UHGV virus genome: UHGV-0105037 | Origin: a virus | Length of the DNA stretch: 19,273 bases | Direction: 5' to 3' (one strand) | Part shown: piece after piece, positions 1 through 8,463 of the stretch | How positions within the stretch are numbered: the first letter of the stretch is position 1 | Layout of the letters: each line of letters starts with the position of its first letter | Position numbers and translations under genes: made by a program | The notes under the pieces: model-generated | The model's database searches: none | Told to the model about the DNA's origin: nothing | Seen by the model: the letters and a program-made list of their open reading frames with translations, nothing else

Positions 1-49
1 TACAATGCGGGTTTGAGCGGCATAAATTACCACTGAAAGCCCTTAAACG

Positions 50-1063
50 TTACTCTACTGTGGACACTGTGTGGACACTCTCGGCCTCAGTACCACCTCT
101 TAGCGGATTAAGAGAAATGGCGTCCTGAAGGTACTCTGGCGCAAAATGAGCGTAAACCATAGTTTGCTCAATCCGCGTGTGACCTAGTATCCGTTGTAGC
201 GTGATAATACTTCCTCCATTAATCATGAAATGAGTGGCAAAGCTGTGCCTTAGTGCATGTGTGGCTTGCCCCATTGGCAAATCCGGTTTTATTGCTTTCA
301 TTGTTCGTCTGAAGCGAGGGTAATCAGCATCAGGGAATAAAAAACCTCGTTTGTTATCCGCGATCATTTTGGCAACAGCCTCTGAGATCGGGACGGTGCG
401 TGGTTTGTTTGTTTTCGTTTTAACAAACGTGACGCGGTTATGGATGATATTTTCTGCTTTCAAACGAGCTGCTTCTCCCCAACGTGCTCCAGTACTCAGG
501 CAAAGAATCGCAATCTTTTTGTTGTCGCCGTCAAGATCAGCAAGCAGTAAGGCAATTTCTTCCTGCGTGAGATAGCCTGTGTCTGGTTTTTCCTCCTTAA
601 GCCTTTTTGTCCCTCTGATAGGGTGCTCACCAAAGAATAACTCCGCTTCAATCAGGGCTGTAAACATGCCGCTAATACATGTTAAATCACGATTGATACT
701 CGAAGGTTTAATACCCTGACTTCTTCGGGTGGCGCAGTACTGGCTGATAAGCGATTTCGTAATTTGAAATGCGCATGGGTCATTCGTTATTTTTGTGAAG
801 ATTTCAATTTTTCCAAGATTAGATTTCCCATGCTCTTCGTGTTTACCCTTTAAATCCCACCAGATCTGTGTCAGCTCCGACAGACGTCGCTTGTCTGTTG
901 GTTTTGATAGCCATTCTTTATTGTGGTGGTTGTACAACGTGTATTTCTCGAAAGCGACAGCTTCGCTTTTCTTATCAAACTTCCTACGGATGCGTTTTCC
1001 ATTACGTCCAGTAGGGCGGATGTCCACTTCATATCGACCATCATCGAGTTTTTTGATTGCCAT
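50..1063 (-). CDS. int: Tyrosine integrase, P2 Int-like (337 aa)
   Basis: ORF translation has the C-terminal catalytic region of tyrosine recombinases (ARWGEAARL ... HALRHSFATHF ... LGHTRIEQTMVYAHF). Length and N-terminus (MAIKKLDDGRYEVDIRPTGRNGKRIRRKF) match P2 Int as I recall it. Position next to C/cox is the P2 arrangement. Confidence 0.93.
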   Translation of the reverse strand: MAIKKLDDGRYEVDIRPTGRNGKRIRRKFDKKSEAVAFEKYTLYNHHNKEWLSKPTDKRRLSELTQIWWDLKGKHEEHGKSNLGKIEIFTKITNDPCAFQITKSLISQYCATRRSQGIKPSSINRDLTCISGMFTALIEAELFFGEHPIRGTKRLKEEKPDTGYLTQEEIALLLADLDGDNKKIAILCLSTGARWGEAARLKAENIIHNRVTFVKTKTNKPRTVPISEAVAKMIADNKRGFLFPDADYPRFRRTMKAIKPDLPMGQATHALRHSFATHFMINGGSIITLQRILGHTRIEQTMVYAHFAPEYLQDAISLNPLRGGTEAESVHTVSTVE

Positions 1064-1117
1064 CAGAAAACCCTCCGAGTGGTGTGTTTTTTTGCGACTA
1101 CTAATCGCTTTTTTCGT

Positions 1118-1138
1118 GGTGGCTGAAATTTAGCCACC
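1118..1138. repeat. 7-bp inverted repeat (ggtggct-N7-agccacc) in the int-C intergenic region, preceded by a T-run
   Basis: Read directly: ggtggct at 1118-1124 and agccacc at 1132-1138; cgcttttttcg lies just upstream on the + strand. Not a canonical minus-strand terminator, because on that strand the hairpin is followed by A-rich sequence. Confidence 0.4.
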
Positions 1139-1178
1139 AATAGTAGGCACTTGTGATGAATATATTCACGATGAATTG

Positions 1179-1478
1179 TTAACCAGTCTTTTGACCGGAG
1201 TGGGGCGACGTTGTTTCGTTTTGCCCAAAGTGTGCGAGAGCGGGCGCAATTTGCCCGGACTCAGGAGCGATCTGATTGGTCATGAACCATAAAGTGTATT
1301 TGGTGAATTGTGGGGTCTGCAGGATGTTCATCATGACATCTGTTGGAGGTGTTGAACGACCACTTTCATAGTAACTCAGCGTGCCATACGGAACCCCTGT
1401 TAAATCAGCAAGTTGTTGTCTGCTCAAATACTCTGATTTTCGCATTAAGACTATCTTCTCGCTTATCGTGTTTGACAT
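1179..1478 (-). CDS. C: Immunity repressor C (99 aa, HTH)
   Basis: 99-aa ORF with an N-terminal HTH-like segment (SRQQLADLTGVPYGTLSYYESGRSTP). Size matches P2 C, and it is transcribed divergently from cox and co-directionally with int. Confidence 0.88.
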   Translation of the reverse strand: MSNTISEKIVLMRKSEYLSRQQLADLTGVPYGTLSYYESGRSTPPTDVMMNILQTPQFTKYTLWFMTNQIAPESGQIAPALAHFGQNETTSPHSGQKTG

Positions 1479-1511
1479 GGTGTTTAGATCTCAATAGTAT
1501 TTAGTTTAGAT
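1472..1511 (+). promoter_or_regulatory. Early promoter Pe with two direct-repeat C operators (O1, O2)
   Basis: Read directly: TTGACA at 1472-1477, a 17-bp spacer, then TAGTAT at 1495-1500. The 8-bp direct repeat GTTTAGAT occurs at 1482-1489 and 1504-1511, 22 bp centre to centre, flanking the -10. This matches the described P2 arrangement of two direct-repeat operators around the Pe -10. Confidence 0.6.
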
Positions 1512-1549
1512 GTAGATTGTTTAGTGCTTGGATGTGGGCACTAAAAGGC

Positions 1550-1570
1550 ATTATAAGACATTAAACGCAA
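1550..1570 (-). promoter_or_regulatory. Candidate Pc promoter (minus strand), face to face with Pe
   Basis: Minus-strand TATAAT (plus-strand attata at 1550-1555) lies between the C start (1478) and cox start (1593). No good -35 at 17-bp spacing; TTGCGT (plus 1565-1570) is only 9 nt away. Weak promoter call. Confidence 0.3.
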
Positions 1571-1592
1571 TTCATGAGGGCTAGAGGACGAC

Positions 1593-1868
1593 ATGAGCAA
1601 GCAAGTAACACTCATGACTGATGCGATTCCTTATCAGGAGTTCGCAAAACTAATAGGAAAATCGACAGGAGCGGTTCGTCGGATGATCGATAAAGGAAAG
1701 CTGCCTGTAATTGATATGACCGATCCACAATCAGCTTCAGGTCGTGCAGGTGAATATTGGGTATACCTTCCGGCATGGAATAACGGACTAAAACTGGCTT
1801 ATGAAAGCCGACCTAAAGAGATTCGTGACGGCTGGTTGATGTGGTTAGGTCTCGGTGAACCACGTTAA
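1593..1868 (+). CDS. cox: Cox excisionase / Pc repressor (91 aa)
   Basis: 91-aa ORF immediately downstream of Pe with an RBS (gagg at 1577-1580). Size and position match P2 Cox. Confidence 0.88.
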   Translation: MSKQVTLMTDAIPYQEFAKLIGKSTGAVRRMIDKGKLPVIDMTDPQSASGRAGEYWVYLPAWNNGLKLAYESRPKEIRDGWLMWLGLGEPR

Positions 1869-1878
1869 GGAGAACCGT

Positions 1879-2049
1879 ATGAATGAGCCTCGTTGTATTG
1901 CTCAGTTACTGCGTAACGAAAGCCCCAGGGCGATTGACTTCACCATCACCCACGGTAAGGGGCGTAAGGGAATCATTATCCGCACCAAAAAACAGAGTCC
2001 GTTAAAAAAGGCTCTGACCTTTCTGAAAAGCCGGAGGGTATGGAAATGA
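1879..2049 (+). CDS. Small early-operon protein (P2 orf78-like, 56 aa)
   Basis: Internal ATG at 1879 is preceded by AAGGAG (1867-1872) with 6-nt spacing, just after the cox stop. Basic small protein of unknown function. Confidence 0.55.
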   Translation: MNEPRCIAQLLRNESPRAIDFTITHGKGRKGIIIRTKKQSPLKKALTFLKSRRVWK

Positions 2050-2546
2050 CAGTGATGACGCTCAATCTCGTTGAAAAACAGCCAGCAGCTATGCGCCGGA
2101 TAATTGGTAAGCATCTTGCCGTTCCTCGCTGGCAGGATACATGTGATTATTATAATCAGATGATGGAGCGCGAACGGCTAACAGTTTGCTTTCATGCGCA
2201 GTTAAAACAGCGTCACGCAACGATGCGTTTTGAAGAAATGAACGACGTCGAACGTGAACGACTGGTATGTGCAATTGATGAATTGCGTGGGGCATTCTCA
2301 AAACGTCGTCAGGTTGGTGCAAGTGAGTATGCATATATTAGTTTCTTAACAGTCAGTCAGCGTCGTACTTTATTTATGCATGCCGGATTGACTGAAAAAG
2401 AATTTAACCAGCCATACTGGCGAATTAATGAAGAGTCATGTTACTGGCGTGATGCTTTATTCCGTGCATTACGTGAATTATTCAGCCTGTTTGAGTATGC
2501 ACCGACAATTCTGACGTCGGTAAAACCAGAGCAATATCTGCATTAA
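2046..2546 (+). CDS. B: Replication protein B (helicase-loader-like, about 166 aa)
   Basis: ORF 2040-2546; the second ATG at 2046 has GGAGGG (2033-2038) at 7-nt spacing. Size and position match P2 B. Confidence 0.82.
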   Translation: MTVMTLNLVEKQPAAMRRIIGKHLAVPRWQDTCDYYNQMMERERLTVCFHAQLKQRHATMRFEEMNDVERERLVCAIDELRGAFSKRRQVGASEYAYISFLTVSQRRTLFMHAGLTEKEFNQPYWRINEESCYWRDALFRALRELFSLFEYAPTILTSVKPEQYLH

Positions 2547-2609
2547 GTAATTAACCAGAGTTTTTAACGCACTTAATCGTGCGGGGCTTCTTTTTGCCTG
2601 GAGAAAGTT

Positions 2610-2834
2610 ATGCATACAGTTTCTGAAAATCAGTGCGGTAAATACGCATTACTGCTGCAACAGGCCAGAACCGAAGCACAGGCCGACGCTGCGACGCGCT
2701 TTTCTTCTCATCTTGATGCCATGATTCGCCACATCACAAAGGCGGAGTTATCCCGCGTGGAGATAGTCGAGCTGCTCAGTCAGGAGTCGGAAAAATTTCA
2801 CAATATCGGATTGTCTCGCGGGGAGGTGCTTTGA
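2610..2834 (+). CDS. Hypothetical early protein (P2 orf80-like, 74 aa)
   Basis: ORF with RBS ggag upstream (ctggagaaagttATG). Sits in the B-A interval, where P2 has four small ORFs with overlapping stop/start codons. Confidence 0.6.
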   Translation: MHTVSENQCGKYALLLQQARTEAQADAATRFSSHLDAMIRHITKAELSRVEIVELLSQESEKFHNIGLSRGEVL

Positions 2835-3136
2835 TGTCCTGTTCTCGTTCAGTTGTATTACTGAATAACGCCTTAAAAATCGCCGTTATGAAAAATGGCG
2901 ATTTGTCTCTTATTCAACTTGGTCTTGATAAAGAAAAACGCGAAATAACTGAGTCTGTTATCGCGATTTATCAGAACGAATTAAACCTCCTGTCTGATGT
3001 GGTCAATTTGCTTGTTAAACGCGCTGTGTTTCACAAGCAAATCTCCTCCGTGGATGAACTGACGAAATTAACGACAGAAATCGCCAGCTATTGCGCTGAT
3101 GAATTTAAAAACCTTAACGACAAAAGGAACTGGTAA
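2831..3136 (+). CDS. Hypothetical early protein (P2 orf81-like, 101 aa)
   Basis: Start overlaps the upstream stop (ATGA-type coupling); co-oriented small ORF in the early operon. Confidence 0.6.
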   Translation: MMSCSRSVVLLNNALKIAVMKNGDLSLIQLGLDKEKREITESVIAIYQNELNLLSDVVNLLVKRAVFHKQISSVDELTKLTTEIASYCADEFKNLNDKRNW

Positions 3137-3360
3137 TGCCGGACAACGTAGATTTTATTCAGGCACAACAGGCTGAATTACTGGAGCGCCAGATTAACGC
3201 GGCAAGGGTAAAACATTGCGGTGCTTCTGCGATGGTTTGCGAAGAGTGTGACGCGCCAATACCTGCTGCCCGTCGTGCGGCTTATCCGTCAGCCACGCGT
3301 TGTGTTTCCTGTCAGTCAGTTTTTGAAGCAAAAAACAAACATTACCGGAGAACGGCATGA
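3136..3360 (+). CDS. DksA/TraR-family C4 zinc-finger protein (P2 orf82-like, 74 aa)
   Basis: Translation contains CEEC-N17-CVSC (CxxC...CxxC), typical of TraR/DksA-type zinc fingers. Start overlaps the upstream stop. Confidence 0.72.
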   Translation: MPDNVDFIQAQQAELLERQINAARVKHCGASAMVCEECDAPIPAARRAAYPSATRCVSCQSVFEAKNKHYRRTA

Positions 3361-3632
3361 GTATTCGTATTGAAATTGGCGAACGTTATGTCGTTACCAG
3401 TGACAGCTTTCAGTTTATTCTCCACGAGAAAAAGAGAGCTGAAAGCGGTAAAAACGCCGGTCAGGAATGGCTGGCGGTGGTTGGTTATTACCCGAAATTA
3501 AGCCAGCTCGTTTCCGGCCTGATGCATCACGATATTCTGACCGGAAGCGCAAAGTCTTTTGCTGATTTAAACGCGCAGGTTGAGCAACTCAGCAAGCGTT
3601 GTTCAGAGGCTTTTGGCTCATATGGCCGTTAA
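3357..3632 (+). CDS. Hypothetical early protein (P2 orf83-like, 91 aa)
   Basis: Co-oriented ORF with start overlapping the upstream stop; ends where A begins. Confidence 0.6.
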   Translation: MSIRIEIGERYVVTSDSFQFILHEKKRAESGKNAGQEWLAVVGYYPKLSQLVSGLMHHDILTGSAKSFADLNAQVEQLSKRCSEAFGSYGR

Positions 3633-5892
3633 AGCCTCCGGGCGTTTTGTCCCTCCGTCAGCATTTGCCGCAGGCACCGGTAAGACGTTTACCGGTGCTT
3701 ATGCATGGAACGCGCCACGCGAGGCCGTCGGGCGCGAAAGACCCCTTACACGTGACGAGATGCGTCAGGTGCAAGGTGTTTTATCCACGATTAACCGCCT
3801 GCCTTACTTTTTGCGCTCGCTGTTTACTTCACGCTATGACTACATCCGGCGCAATAAAAGCCCGGTGCACGGGTTTTATTTCCTCACATCCACTTTTCAG
3901 CGTCGTTTATGGCCGCGCATTGAGCGTGTGAATCAGCGCCATGAAATGAACACCGACGCGTCGTTGCTGTTTCTGGCAGAGCGTGATCACTATGCGCGCC
4001 TGCCGGGAATGAATGACAAGGAGCTGAAAAAGTTTGCCGCCCGTATCTCATCGCAGCTTTTCATGATGTATGAGGAACTCAGCGATGCCTGGGTGGATGC
4101 GCATGGCGAGAAAGAATCACTGTTTACGGATGAGGCTCAGGATCACCTGTATGGTCATGTTGCTGGCGCTGCACGAGCTTTCAATATTTCCCCTCTCTAC
4201 TGGAAAAAATACCGTAAAAGACAGATGACCACGAGGCAGGCATATTCTGCCATTGCCCGTCTGTTTAACGATGAGTGGTGGACTCATCAGCTTAAAGGCC
4301 AGCGTATGCGCTGGCATGAAGCGTTACTGATAGCTGTCGGGGAGGTCAATAAAGACCGTTCTCCTTATGCCAGTAAACACGCCATTCGTGATGTGCGTGC
4401 GCGCCGCCAGGCAAATCTGGAATTTCTTAAATCGTGTGACCTTGAAAACAGGGAAACCGGCGAGCGCATCGACCTTATCAGTAAGGTGATGGGCAGTATT
4501 TCTAATCCTGAAATTCGCCGGATGGAGCTGATGAACACCATTGCCGGTATTGAGCGTTACGCCGCTGCAGAGGGGGATGTGGGGATGTTTATCACGCTGA
4601 CCGCGCCGTCAAAGTATCACCCGACACGTCAGGTAGGAAAAGGCGAAAGTAAAACCGTGCAGCTTAATCACGGCTGGAACGATGAGGCATTTAATCCAAA
4701 GGATGCGCAGCGTTATCTCTGCCGTATCTGGAGCCTGATGCGCACGGCATTCAAGGATAATGATTTACAGGTCTACGGTTTGCGTGTCGTCGAGCCACAC
4801 CACGACGGAACGCCGCACTGGCATATGATGCTTTTTTGTAATTCACGCCAGCGTAACCAGATTATCGAAATCATGCGTCGCTATGCGCTCAAAGAGGATG
4901 GCGACGAAAGAGGAGCCGCGCGAAACCGTTTTCAGGCAAAACACCTTAACCGGGGCGGTGCTGCGGGATATATCGCGAAATACATTTCAAAAAACATCGA
5001 CGGCTATGCACTGGATGGTCAGCTCGATAACGACACCGGCAGGCCGCTGAAAGACACTGCAGCGGCTGTTACCGCATGGGCGTCAACGTGGCGCATCCCG
5101 CAATTTAAAACGGTTGGCCTGCCGACAATGGGGGCTTACCGTGAACTACGCAAATTGCCGCGCGGCGTCAGCATTGCTGATGAGTTTGACGAGCGCGTCG
5201 AGGCTGCACGCGCCGCCGCAGACAGTGGTGATTTTGCGTTGTATATCAGCGCGCAGGGTGGGGCAAATGTCCCGCGCGATTGTCAGACTGTCAGAGTCGC
5301 CCGTAGCCCGTCGGATGAAGTTAACGAGTACGAGGAAGAAGTCGAGAGAGTGGTCGGCATTTACGCGCCGCATCTCGGCGCGCGTCATATTCATATCACC
5401 AGAACGACGGACTGGCGCATTGTGCCGAAAGTGCCGGTCGTTGAGCCTTTGACTTTAAAAAGCGGCATCGCCGCGCCTCGGAGTCCTGTCAATAACTGTG
5501 GAAAGCTCACCGGTAGTGATGTTTCGTTACCGGCTCCCACACCTTCTGAGCACGCCGCCGCAGTGCTTAATCTGGTTGATGACGGTGTTATCGAATGGAA
5601 TGACCAGGAGGTCGTGAGGGCGCTCAGGGGCGCATTAAAACACGACCTGAGAACACCAAACCGTCAGCAAAGAAGCGGAAGCCCGTTAAAACCGCATGAA
5701 ATAGCGCCATCGGCCAGACTGACCCGGTCGGAACGAATGCAAATTACCCGTATCCGCGTTGACCTTGCTCAGAACGGTATCAGGCCGCAGCGATGGGAGC
5801 TTGAGGCGCTGGCGCGTGGGGCAACTGTAAATTACGACGGGAGAAGCTTCAGTTATCCTGTTATATGTGATTGGAGAGCGTATGAATTATGA
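3622..5892 (+). CDS. A: Replication initiation protein A (rolling-circle HUH endonuclease)
   Basis: Long ORF (770 aa from a TTG at 3580; first ATG at 3622 gives MAVKASGRF..., the N-terminus I recall for P2 A). Contains an HUH-like motif (GTPHWHMMLF) and paired tyrosines (AGYIAKYISK), as in P2 A / phiX174 gpA-type nickases. Confidence 0.9.
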   Translation: MAVKASGRFVPPSAFAAGTGKTFTGAYAWNAPREAVGRERPLTRDEMRQVQGVLSTINRLPYFLRSLFTSRYDYIRRNKSPVHGFYFLTSTFQRRLWPRIERVNQRHEMNTDASLLFLAERDHYARLPGMNDKELKKFAARISSQLFMMYEELSDAWVDAHGEKESLFTDEAQDHLYGHVAGAARAFNISPLYWKKYRKRQMTTRQAYSAIARLFNDEWWTHQLKGQRMRWHEALLIAVGEVNKDRSPYASKHAIRDVRARRQANLEFLKSCDLENRETGERIDLISKVMGSISNPEIRRMELMNTIAGIERYAAAEGDVGMFITLTAPSKYHPTRQVGKGESKTVQLNHGWNDEAFNPKDAQRYLCRIWSLMRTAFKDNDLQVYGLRVVEPHHDGTPHWHMMLFCNSRQRNQIIEIMRRYALKEDGDERGAARNRFQAKHLNRGGAAGYIAKYISKNIDGYALDGQLDNDTGRPLKDTAAAVTAWASTWRIPQFKTVGLPTMGAYRELRKLPRGVSIADEFDERVEAARAAADSGDFALYISAQGGANVPRDCQTVRVARSPSDEVNEYEEEVERVVGIYAPHLGARHIHITRTTDWRIVPKVPVVEPLTLKSGIAAPRSPVNNCGKLTGSDVSLPAPTPSEHAAAVLNLVDDGVIEWNDQEVVRALRGALKHDLRTPNRQQRSGSPLKPHEIAPSARLTRSERMQITRIRVDLAQNGIRPQRWELEALARGATVNYDGRSFSYPVICDWRAYEL

Positions 5893-5985
5893 GATTGTGA
5901 TAAAAAGTAAATAATTAATATAATGCAATTGCTTAACTGTTTTAAAAGGGACAACGTAGTTGTGAACTATATTGTCCCGGGAGTA

Positions 5986-7041
5986 TTAATTTTTAAATAT
6001 GGATTGTATGTATTCTATAGTGCTATCTTTAGCTCTGATGTCTTTTAAAGTGTTATTTATGAAATCTATTATTCTGTCATTACTTAATAGTGGCGATAAC
6101 GCATAACATGTTGTTGTGAATGTCATGACGTCACTAAAGCTTAGTGAAACACCTTTTGTCGCAGCGTTCTCAATCGCAAGAGACTCATCAATATCTAAGT
6201 TTGTTGCTCTTGGCCCTTTAAGGAAGATAACTTTTGAAATCCCGGATGCAGATGCTTTTGAAACGGCGTGATTAACATCTTGATAATTAAATGGTTTGTC
6301 TTTCACTTCTATAGAAAGGAAAACTATATCATCATGATATACATCTATGTCCAGTATCTCTTTTGAGGAGCTACCGGCCTGATTGACGGGATGTGCTTTT
6401 ATTATCCATCCTCTTTGTTCACCTAATAAATGTAACGAAATTGCGGCAGCAATCGCGCATGTTTCTCCATCACAAGGATGAGATATAATATTATAAATAA
6501 TCTTATGGAAATCAAAATTAATTGAGTTCGGCGTTATAACTCTATTGGTTCGCTGTAGGGTAAAATATAATGCAATAACAAGCATTTCATAAGCTAAGGT
6601 TTGGGTTGTTGCTGCATGTAATATATCAATTGAAAGTTGTTGTAAAACCTTATCATTTCCTCTGCGCACAGGGTTATCAGAGGAGTGGAGCATGTAACGA
6701 GCTGGTTTATTTAGAAATGGCTCATTTGATGCGCCTAACTTACCCTCTAAAAATGGGCCTTCTACTTTGCCTACTATTACCGAATGACATAAACTCCTTG
6801 CATCATAGGCTCCGTCTACGGGGGCATTAGCTTGTAAAGCCAGAGGGTTAACTCTAGGGTCTGTTGCTTTTGCAAGTAAACCAGTAATAAGTATATATCT
6901 GTATGTAAGGTGGGTGCCTAAAATTACATTTTGAATGGAGACCCATTGATTATTTGTTTTGTAATCAGTTAATTTTTTTGCATCGTTGATTGCATTTATA
7001 ATTACATTATAGGCTTGCTCATGATTTACTAATACTTTCAT
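5986..7041 (-). CDS. Uncharacterized 351-aa cargo protein; candidate restriction endonuclease or defence effector with a possible PD-(D/E)xK-like motif
   Basis: ORF in a visibly AT-rich segment unlike the flanking phage DNA. Strong RBS (AAGGA, 5 nt before the ATG at 7041). Its start overlaps the stop of the upstream HTH gene by 23 bp. Motif HDDIVFLSIEVKDK could be a D...(D/E)xK nuclease core. I do not recognise the family. Confidence 0.75.
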   Translation of the reverse strand: MKVLVNHEQAYNVIINAINDAKKLTDYKTNNQWVSIQNVILGTHLTYRYILITGLLAKATDPRVNPLALQANAPVDGAYDARSLCHSVIVGKVEGPFLEGKLGASNEPFLNKPARYMLHSSDNPVRRGNDKVLQQLSIDILHAATTQTLAYEMLVIALYFTLQRTNRVITPNSINFDFHKIIYNIISHPCDGETCAIAAAISLHLLGEQRGWIIKAHPVNQAGSSSKEILDIDVYHDDIVFLSIEVKDKPFNYQDVNHAVSKASASGISKVIFLKGPRATNLDIDESLAIENAATKGVSLSFSDVMTFTTTCYALSPLLSNDRIIDFINNTLKDIRAKDSTIEYIQSIFKN

Positions 7042-7333
7042 AGGTGTCCTTTAGTAAGATATCCATTGGTAGACCTAATCGGCTTGCAACCACCTCTAAT
7101 AATTCAAATAGTTCTAAAGCATCTAATCGCCTTTCAAAGCTTTCGATTTTAGATATATCTGATTGTGATAATCCTAGAAAAATGGCCAATTCTGACTGCG
7201 AAAGAGAAGCTTCTTTGCGTAGTTTGGTGAGAAGCTGGACTAGGCACCTGTATCTATGATCATGTATAGTTGGTTGTCGTTTTGCCATGTGGTTTAGAAG
7301 GTGATTGATTGTGTGTCGATCCTTACCTATCAT
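7019..7333 (-). CDS. XRE/Cro-family HTH transcriptional regulator (candidate controller protein); alternative start at 7288
   Basis: Translation contains a typical XRE HTH (LSQSELAIFLGLSQSDISKIE). Translationally coupled to the downstream 351-aa gene and divergent from the methyltransferase. ATG at 7333 gives 104 aa; the internal ATG at 7288 gives 89 aa. Confidence 0.72.
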   Translation of the reverse strand: MIGKDRHTINHLLNHMAKRQPTIHDHRYRCLVQLLTKLRKEASLSQSELAIFLGLSQSDISKIESFERRLDALELFELLEVVASRLGLPMDILLKDTYESISKS

Positions 7334-7371
7334 TGGTTTTATTCCAAAATCGAATAATTGGTGCTAAAGAA

Positions 7372-8463
7372 GTGAACAAAATTTCAGCGGTGAGCTTATT
7401 TACTGGGGCAGGAGGGATGGATGTCGGTTTCTCTAATGCCGGGTTCCGAACAGTTTGGGCCAATGATATAGATAAGGATGCATGTGATACATTTAAGCTT
7501 AATCATGAATCACCTGTTTTTTGTGGTGATATTGATGAGATGCTAAGTGAATTGTCTGGGCTGAAAAATATAGGTTGTGTTTTTGGTGGGCCTCCATGCC
7601 AAGGATTTTCTGTGGCAGGGAAAATGGACGCTCATGATCCACGTAGTAAGCTGGTTATGTCATTCATGCGGGCGGTGGATATAATTCAACCAGAATGCTT
7701 TGTTATGGAGAATGTTAAGGCTTTAGCACAGTTGTCCAAATTTGAACCAGTTAGGTGTGAACTGTTTAAGATGGCTGAAAAGTCAGGCTATCGTTCAGCC
7801 TTGCTGGTGCTGAATTCTAAAGATTTTGGCGTTCCTCAGAATAGGGAACGTATGTTTTTTATAGGGTTTCGTTCCGAAAATGATGTGAAACGAGTTGAGG
7901 CGGCGATAAAAAAATACCAATATCTTTCGCCAACAGTTGGTGAGATTATTCGGCCTTTAGGGCGAGCGGGTAATCCAAATAATTCAAGAGTCTGTAATGC
8001 AAGGATTACAAATGCTGCTAAGCCAGTATTACGGAAGTCACCTTACGCGGGAATGATGTTTAACGGGCAGGGAAGACCAATTAACCCGAATGGGTATGCT
8101 TCAACTATAGCTGCTTCTATGGGGGGGAATAGGACACCAATTATTGATGAAGAACACCTTTATGATGGCTCAACAAGTTATGTTGAGACTTATCATAATC
8201 ATCTAATGAATGGTGGTGAGCCAAAAGATATGCACGATGTACCTAGTCGTTTACGTCGACTAACGATAGATGAGGCTCTTTTGATTCAAACATTCCCGAG
8301 TAATTATGTCTTTGTGGGGAAAAATTCGTCAATTTGGCGTCAGATAGGGAATGCTGTGCCTTGTAAATTGGCGCAGGCTGTTGCTGCAGGGGTTTTGGAT
8401 GTCCTTACTGGTAAAACTATTAATGTTCAAAAGAGTCAAACAGAGTTGAGTTTGAATTCGTAA
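7372..8463 (+). CDS. DNA (cytosine-5)-methyltransferase
   Basis: Canonical C5-MTase motifs: FTGAGGMDVGF (motif I, AdoMet binding), GGPPCQGFS (motif IV, catalytic Cys), ENV (motif VI), QNRERMFFIG (motif VIII), GNAVP (motif X). The frame has no ATG before motif I; the ORF track starts at a TTG at 7309, and I prefer the GTG at 7372, which leaves a typical short leader before FxGxGG. Confidence 0.9.
   Translation: MNKISAVSLFTGAGGMDVGFSNAGFRTVWANDIDKDACDTFKLNHESPVFCGDIDEMLSELSGLKNIGCVFGGPPCQGFSVAGKMDAHDPRSKLVMSFMRAVDIIQPECFVMENVKALAQLSKFEPVRCELFKMAEKSGYRSALLVLNSKDFGVPQNRERMFFIGFRSENDVKRVEAAIKKYQYLSPTVGEIIRPLGRAGNPNNSRVCNARITNAAKPVLRKSPYAGMMFNGQGRPINPNGYASTIAASMGGNRTPIIDEEHLYDGSTSYVETYHNHLMNGGEPKDMHDVPSRLRRLTIDEALLIQTFPSNYVFVGKNSSIWRQIGNAVPCKLAQAVAAGVLDVLTGKTINVQKSQTELSLNS

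Noticed and set aside
351-1133. Plus-strand ORFs (74, 112, 67 aa) overlapping the integrase gene
   Set aside because: Antisense within int; no support.
2546-2610. Possible terminator hairpin after B (gcac-ttaatc-gtgc followed by gggcttcttttt)
   Set aside because: The stem is only 4 bp and the T-run does not directly follow a stable GC hairpin. Early-operon genes continue downstream, so a strong terminator here is unlikely.
3580-3931. TTG-initiated N-terminal extension of A (from 3580) and the alternative-frame 110-aa ORF 3599-3931
   Set aside because: The extension depends on a TTG start and overlaps the end of orf83; the ATG at 3622 reproduces the known P2 A N-terminus. The 110-aa ORF is in a different frame inside A.
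7289-7371. Candidate C-box palindromes in the HTH-methyltransferase intergenic region (for example ccaaaatcgaataattgg)
   Set aside because: The symmetry is imperfect and I could not identify a convincing operator by eye; left as a hypothesis inside the regulatory-switch finding rather than annotated as a site.
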